Assembly: GCA_038243585.1 (NCBI GenBank)
Contig: JBBSQY010000054.1
Location: forward strand, 1 to 20,668
Source of the DNA: Candidatus Sumerlaeales bacterium
GTDB taxonomy: Bacteria; Sumerlaeota; Sumerlaeia; Sumerlaeales; Sumerlaeaceae
Direction of reading: 5' to 3'
Length of the DNA stretch: 20,668 nucleotides
Positions within the stretch are counted from its first letter, which is position 1; each line of letters begins with the position of its first letter. A program made the position numbers and the translations under genes. Below are positions 16,067-20,668 of this stretch, in pieces. The notes under the pieces were generated by a model. It did not search any database. It was not told the origin of the DNA and worked only from the letters and a program-made list of their open reading frames with translations.

Positions 16067-17615
16067 GAGCAAGGCGTGAGTCCGGCGTTTCAAGCAGAAA
16101 AACCAGTATGTCCCCCGGCTTAAGATGAAAACCAAGTGAAGGCACGATTTCATTTCGGCCGCGTAAGACGGATAGCAAGATACACCCTTCCGGTAGGTCC
16201 ATTGCTTCTACCTGCCGATTGGCAAGGTAGGAACCATATTCGACATATACTTCAGTAAGAACAGGTTCTGCCAGGCCATGAGCAGCAGGGTCCGGACGAG
16301 CAAGATCACGCTCAAGCAGAGCTTCGTAAACAGGAGGGTTTTTGAAAGCTTCCGCGACAAGATATGCCGTGAGCGAAGCGACGATCAAAGCGTACAACTG
16401 CTCATAGTTGCCTGTCATCTCTACAATCAGAACAACTCCGGTAAGGGGTGCACGAACACTTGCTGAAAGTAGTGCCGCCATGCCAAGGACCGCAAAAGCC
16501 TCCGGATTAATCTGCAAACCTGGCATAGCTAGGCTAAACAATTTCCCCACCAGCAGGCCACCAAATGCACCCATTACAAGAATGGGTGCAAGTATGCCGC
16601 CGGGCACGCCTGCTCCATAGCTGAGAATCGTAAAAACCAACTTCGCAACCAGCAGCAAAGCAAGTAAGCGCATGGCCCCAACTTCCTGAAACTCCCCCGA
16701 CAAAACCAACTCCGCCGTGCCATGCCCGCCCCCTGTTATCTCGGGCATATACCACACGGCAACGCCGGCTATGGCGCCAACCACAGCGGCTTTCCACCAG
16801 GGAAACTTAGCCATAATGCCTGATCCCCAGAGCAGGCACCGGTTAAAGACAATTCCCATGATGCCTGCAAGCAGGCCCAGCAAAAAAATCCATGGCAGAA
16901 GCTTCATGGAAGGGGCATCATAGCCTATGATTCGGAACGCGCTTCTTTGTCCGAGGCAGGCCCGGGTGACTGCGTCTGCGGAAACGGAGGCAATTAACGC
17001 GGTTCCGTAAGTGGTTGGGGATAGTTCCCGTTGAAGTTCCAAAACAAATAAGAATCCCGCCAGCGGCGCATTAAACGCTGCGGAAAGTCCCGCCCCGGCA
17101 CCGGAGGCGATGAGGGTACGGTATGATCGTTTCGGGATGCCAAGTTTCTCAGAAACGCCCTTACCAATGGCTGCGCCTATGTGGACAGTCGGCCCCTCCC
17201 TGCCCAGTGAAAGCCCAGCGGCAATGGCAAGGAAGCCCCCGACAAACTTAGTCACAGCGACTGCCAGCCACCGAAATCGGCGCAGATTCATCAAGACAGC
17301 TTCCAGATGGGGAATACCACTGCCTGCTGCCTCAGGGCAGTAGTTGAATGTGAGATAACCTGCAGCCCCGGCCGCAGTCGCGCAAAATAGAGTTGTAGTA
17401 ATTAACCGGTACTGACCCACGTCCTGCATGACCTGCACGAGGGCCTCCCGCAGCGATGTGGCACCATCTAATGCGAGTTGAAATAACACAGCGCAGATGC
17501 CTGCCAGGATGCCTACCAGGGCAGCTCGCCAGAAATGGGTACGTTTACTTTCTCGCAATAACCCCGAGCCATGCTGCTCCCGCCGACGCAGCATATTTTC
17601 GTATAAATCATCCAT
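16038..17615 (-). CDS. CLC-family chloride transporter (ClcA-like) with C-terminal TrkA_C/RCK_C domain
   Basis: GSGIP (Ser-cen), GREGP (gating Glu), AAFNAPLAG, GGILAP, VRAPLTG...EMTG and PVYEAL (Tyr-cen). The tail GS.LANRQV..MDLPEGCILLSVLRG...IVP...LKPGDIL is TrkA_C-like. Start is ATG 17615 or 17594; the ORF is open from 17675. Confidence 0.93.
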   Translation of the reverse strand: MDDLYENMLRRREQHGSGLLRESKRTHFWRAALVGILAGICAVLFQLALDGATSLREALVQVMQDVGQYRLITTTLFCATAAGAAGYLTFNYCPEAAGSGIPHLEAVLMNLRRFRWLAVAVTKFVGGFLAIAAGLSLGREGPTVHIGAAIGKGVSEKLGIPKRSYRTLIASGAGAGLSAAFNAPLAGFLFVLELQRELSPTTYGTALIASVSADAVTRACLGQRSAFRIIGYDAPSMKLLPWIFLLGLLAGIMGIVFNRCLLWGSGIMAKFPWWKAAVVGAIAGVAVWYMPEITGGGHGTAELVLSGEFQEVGAMRLLALLLVAKLVFTILSYGAGVPGGILAPILVMGAFGGLLVGKLFSLAMPGLQINPEAFAVLGMAALLSASVRAPLTGVVLIVEMTGNYEQLYALIVASLTAYLVAEAFKNPPVYEALLERDLARPDPAAHGLAEPVLTEVYVEYGSYLANRQVEAMDLPEGCILLSVLRGRNEIVPSLGFHLKPGDILVFLLETPDSRLAHAVTRLARS

Positions 17616-17706
17616 TAATGAAATGGCATACGAAGGGCGATGAGTGGCAAGGATATTTTGACCCGGAACCGGCACTTACAGGGCCTTTCGAGTCAGGCAA
17701 TTGTGA

Positions 17707-18930
17707 TTAGTGGCTCCGTGTGATCCTGGCCAGATAGTTTCTCACCTGGTGTGGTGAGTGTTGCAGAACTGCAATCGCCGCGTTTCCCAGAAAGGGCGAG
17801 AACAGAGTCTGTTGAAGAATTCGTCCGGTTCGGACGCGACGATCAAACTTTTGTTTCCATTGCTGCTGCCATGCAATTTGCAGGCTTGATTCGCAGAGGA
17901 AGGCACGGTCAAAATTTTCAGGATTAGGAAATTTTTTCATTATCAATTCCGCGAGCATTACGCCGGATTCCAGCGCCATGGCCTGACCGTCACCGCACAA
18001 GGGGACAATCATCCCGGCGGCATCGCCTACAAACAGCATATCTTCGATAGACTGCTCTTTTGCGCCAAAAGGCATATGCGACACCGTCAGCACCGGCTCA
18101 TCCAGCGGCTTCAGTTGCAACAGGCGCTTGCCGAGCGCCGGATTCTCTCTTGTCAGATAAGCAGCGATATCAGTCCATCTGGCTGAGCCGATGGTCACAA
18201 AGGCTGCGCGTTTCAGCAACATGCAAACATTAATCCTACGTCCTTCCACCATACATAATCCGCAGTAGCCGCCGTTTACACCGTAGATCTCCGTGACGCT
18301 CAAAAGTGCCCCCACCGCCTTGCGGCCCTCGCTCCCCTGAACGGGAACGTGATGAAGCTTCAGACCGATGCTTGAATCCAATTGCTTTATAAACGGCCGG
18401 TTCAGGTCGCGATCCAGCTTGGTACGGCGGCCATAAGCGGCAATGGTAAGGGCTGGCTGTAGTACAGACGGACACAAAAGCGCGTTGTCGCTCTTAATTG
18501 AAGCCAAATGCAGGGTTCGCGGCCCATGGTTGGGCGCCCGGTTTATCTCGCGGACCTCGCATCCGGTAAAGCCTGCGGCCCCGAGAGAGCAGGCGTGGCG
18601 AAAAAGCGTTTCATCCAGCAGACGACGACTAATGCCATAGGCGGGCTCCGGAAGCGCGACAGTCGTTTCCCTTCCCCTTGTGGATATAAAACGCACCCTC
18701 GTAATCTCCGGCGGGCGATGGCGAAGCAGTTCCTTCAGGCATCCAATTTTCTTCAAAATCCTACCGGATTCACCACTAAGAAACTCGCCGCACATTTTAT
18801 CCCGCGGAAAAGTGTCGCGTTCAATAATAGCAACTCGCCACCCGGACCGTGCCAGCAACGCCCCCGCGGCGCTCCCCGCTAATCCCCCACCGATAATCAC
18901 AACCGGCCAATCCGGATCAGGTTCGATCAT
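17707..18930 (-). CDS. FAD-dependent oxidoreductase/monooxygenase (geranylgeranyl reductase/FixC-like superfamily)
   Basis: Rossmann IIGGGLAG...IER, FPRDKMCGEFLS, ISRRLLD and VGDAAGMIVPLCGDGQAMA. It overlaps the upstream methyltransferase by 14 nt. Confidence 0.9.
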   Translation of the reverse strand: MIEPDPDWPVVIIGGGLAGSAAGALLARSGWRVAIIERDTFPRDKMCGEFLSGESGRILKKIGCLKELLRHRPPEITRVRFISTRGRETTVALPEPAYGISRRLLDETLFRHACSLGAAGFTGCEVREINRAPNHGPRTLHLASIKSDNALLCPSVLQPALTIAAYGRRTKLDRDLNRPFIKQLDSSIGLKLHHVPVQGSEGRKAVGALLSVTEIYGVNGGYCGLCMVEGRRINVCMLLKRAAFVTIGSARWTDIAAYLTRENPALGKRLLQLKPLDEPVLTVSHMPFGAKEQSIEDMLFVGDAAGMIVPLCGDGQAMALESGVMLAELIMKKFPNPENFDRAFLCESSLQIAWQQQWKQKFDRRVRTGRILQQTLFSPFLGNAAIAVLQHSPHQVRNYLARITRSH

Positions 18931-19648
18931 TACTCTCCAAACCCTGCGCCGTCATCAGCCACCGAAATGCCCAGTGCCATTGCACTTTCACATCCTGCAA
19001 TCCCGCGCGTACGGCGAACTTGTGCAGCTCCGACCGTGTAAAAGCCCGCGCCACAGACAGCGGCGCGTCGTTCCGCAAAATTGGGCTTTTGCTCATTGCG
19101 CCCGTGAGCATACGGATGGAGTGATAGGCCATCGGGTGCCTGTGCAGATCATTAACAATGACGCCTAAACCGGCAATCTGCCCCATGTGCCGCAGCACGT
19201 TGACAACATCGTCATCCTTAGAAAAATGGTGAAGCACCAGGGCGCTGTGAACAATATCATAACAAGAACCGGCGGGCATGGCAAAGATATCCTGATGACG
19301 AATGGTGATCTCAGGAAAACCCCGACAAGCCTCTGCGGCCCGGTCGGCGGATTGCTCAGAAAGTTCAATGCCTGTCAGACGCCCGGACAATCCCTGCCGA
19401 CGGCACCAGCGGGCAATGCTCCGCAGAGTATCGCCGCTGCCACAACCGACGTCCAGCAGAGAAAAATCCTTCCGCCCCGGCGGTAGAACCTGGCGGATCC
19501 CCGCCAGCGACGGGCCGTATCCATTAAGCGCTCTATTAATAATTTCAAGATGGCGCATCGCGTGATCAAGGGCCGCCGAATCTACATCGGGCGCGTCCAT
19601 GAGTTCGGCCCGGCGAGAGCGGGAGCTGAGAGGCTGACGCGGCGTCAT
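18917..19648 (-). CDS. Class I SAM-dependent methyltransferase of the type III PKS-associated family
   Basis: RS...ELMD, L..IN..L.G, LLDVGCGSGD, LVLHHF, VNDLHR and DAPLSVARAF. ATGA overlap with the PKS stop at 19645-19648. Confidence 0.9.
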   Translation of the reverse strand: MTPRQPLSSRSRRAELMDAPDVDSAALDHAMRHLEIINRALNGYGPSLAGIRQVLPPGRKDFSLLDVGCGSGDTLRSIARWCRRQGLSGRLTGIELSEQSADRAAEACRGFPEITIRHQDIFAMPAGSCYDIVHSALVLHHFSKDDDVVNVLRHMGQIAGLGVIVNDLHRHPMAYHSIRMLTGAMSKSPILRNDAPLSVARAFTRSELHKFAVRAGLQDVKVQWHWAFRWLMTAQGLESNDRT

Positions 19649-20668
19649 CCGGTGACGAACAGCGCGCCTTCCATGGTAAGGCCCGGACCAAACGCCATGG
19701 CCGCTACGGGCGATCCAACAGGACGCGCCCGGGCCAATTCCGCCTGAAGCACGAAAAGAATTGTCGCGCTGGACATATTGCCGTAATCGCGAAGGACATC
19801 TGTGGATGACGATACTTCGTCAGCGGAAAGATCGAAGGTCTGTTGAAGTGCTTCGATGATTTTTCTACCGCCGGGGTGAATGGCCCACCCGGCAATATCG
19901 GAAACGGAAACCCCGCCGGCGGCGGCTAAAGCTTCAACAAAAGCCGGTGCCTCGTCGCGCAGGATCGCAGGGATACCGGCGTCGAGAGTCATGATGAAAC
20001 CGTTGTCGCCGATGCGCCAGCTCATGCGGTCCAGACTGTCCGGACTGATGTCTGAATGCATTGCAAGCACTTGGGCAGGAGCCGCGTGTACTCCGCCCGC
20101 GCCTCCAGGGCCGGCAGATGACCTGGCATAAACCGCTGCCCCCGCACCGTCGGCGAAAATGGCGTTTGATACGATGGTTTCCGGACTTGGATTGGTCTGG
20201 TAGTGAAGTGAGCAGAGTTCAATGGCCACCTGCAACACGACTGCCTCGGCATCGCCCTGTACAATTTGATGGCAGGCGCGAACGCCCGAAATTCCCGCAT
20301 AGCAACCCATAAAACCCAGAACGGTGCGGCTGGTGGTGGTGGCCATGCCGAGGCGGCGGAGCAGCAGCACGTCGGGGCCGGGGGCGAAAAATCCGGTACA
20401 CGTGCTGATGACAAGATGAGTAACCTCTCCCGCCGAGACGCCTGCCGCGTCGAGAGCCTTCCGCGCGGCCTCTGCAGCAAGATCAACCGCGTGCTCTTCA
20501 AACTTAGCCATCCGGGCAGCGGTGGTCGGGACGGGATTAAGGCTCCAGGATTTAGGGAAAAAAGTAAAATCAGCTGCGTCGCATTTCGTGTAATCGCCGA
20601 TCACACTATGGCGTTTTTCAATTCCGCTATGGGCGTAGATGCGCTTTAATAATCCCACAGGAGGCGGC
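19645..20668 (-). CDS. Type III polyketide synthase (chalcone/stilbene synthase superfamily), 5' end outside the window
   Basis: Catalytic triad Cys (FMGCYAG), His (AIHPGG) and Asn (YGNMSS), plus STCTG, ELCSLH, FADGA and AFGPG. The frame stays open from GTG 20658 to the window edge. Confidence 0.96.
   Translation of the reverse strand, partial: PPPVGLLKRIYAHSGIEKRHSVIGDYTKCDAADFTFFPKSWSLNPVPTTAARMAKFEEHAVDLAAEAARKALDAAGVSAGEVTHLVISTCTGFFAPGPDVLLLRRLGMATTTSRTVLGFMGCYAGISGVRACHQIVQGDAEAVVLQVAIELCSLHYQTNPSPETIVSNAIFADGAGAAVYARSSAGPGGAGGVHAAPAQVLAMHSDISPDSLDRMSWRIGDNGFIMTLDAGIPAILRDEAPAFVEALAAAGGVSVSDIAGWAIHPGGRKIIEALQQTFDLSADEVSSSTDVLRDYGNMSSATILFVLQAELARARPVGSPVAAMAFGPGLTMEGALFVTG

Noticed and set aside
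16038..17615. Fluoride-specific CLC-F exporter with a fluoride riboswitch
   Set aside because: The motifs are GSGIP, GREGP and Tyr-cen (chloride type), not GNNLI/GMGLI and GREGT/V. No fluoride riboswitch pattern is evident upstream.
17707..18930. Idea that the FAD enzyme is a flavin-dependent halogenase supplied with chloride by the adjacent CLC
   Set aside because: The WxWxIP halogenase motif is absent (the region reads GGYCGLCMVE) and no flavin reductase is visible in the window.

Overview
Gene-dense bacterial chromosomal window with no mobile elements, CRISPR arrays, rRNA or tRNA that I can recognise. From left to right it encodes: a YciE/YciF (DUF892) ferritin-like stress protein; a secreted pectin-lyase-fold-like beta-helix protein ending in an unusual ...VNDWELY* tail; a cytoplasmic hybrid histidine kinase (2xPAS-HisKA-HATPase-2xREC-HPt) translationally coupled to a REC-GGDEF-EAL c-di-GMP enzyme; a Gdx/SugE SMR exporter with no visible guanidine riboswitch; mfd; a small membrane protein; a stand-alone MacB-type ABC permease; a PmtA/OlsG-like lipid N-methyltransferase coupled to an unknown polytopic membrane protein; and a minus-strand run of type III PKS (5'-truncated by the window), SAM methyltransferase, FAD oxidoreductase, CLC-TrkA_C transporter and alpha/beta hydrolase. 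The best leads are (i) the C-terminal VxxWxxY tail as a candidate sorting or secretion signal, which from memory (unverified) recurs in Candidatus Sumerlaeota/BRC1 secreted proteins, (ii) the type III PKS cluster extended by a CLC and a hydrolase, (iii) a CLC that has only one of the two adjacent inner glutamates, and (iv) a gdx leader without a known riboswitch. All family calls come from motif recognition by eye; no database searches were run.
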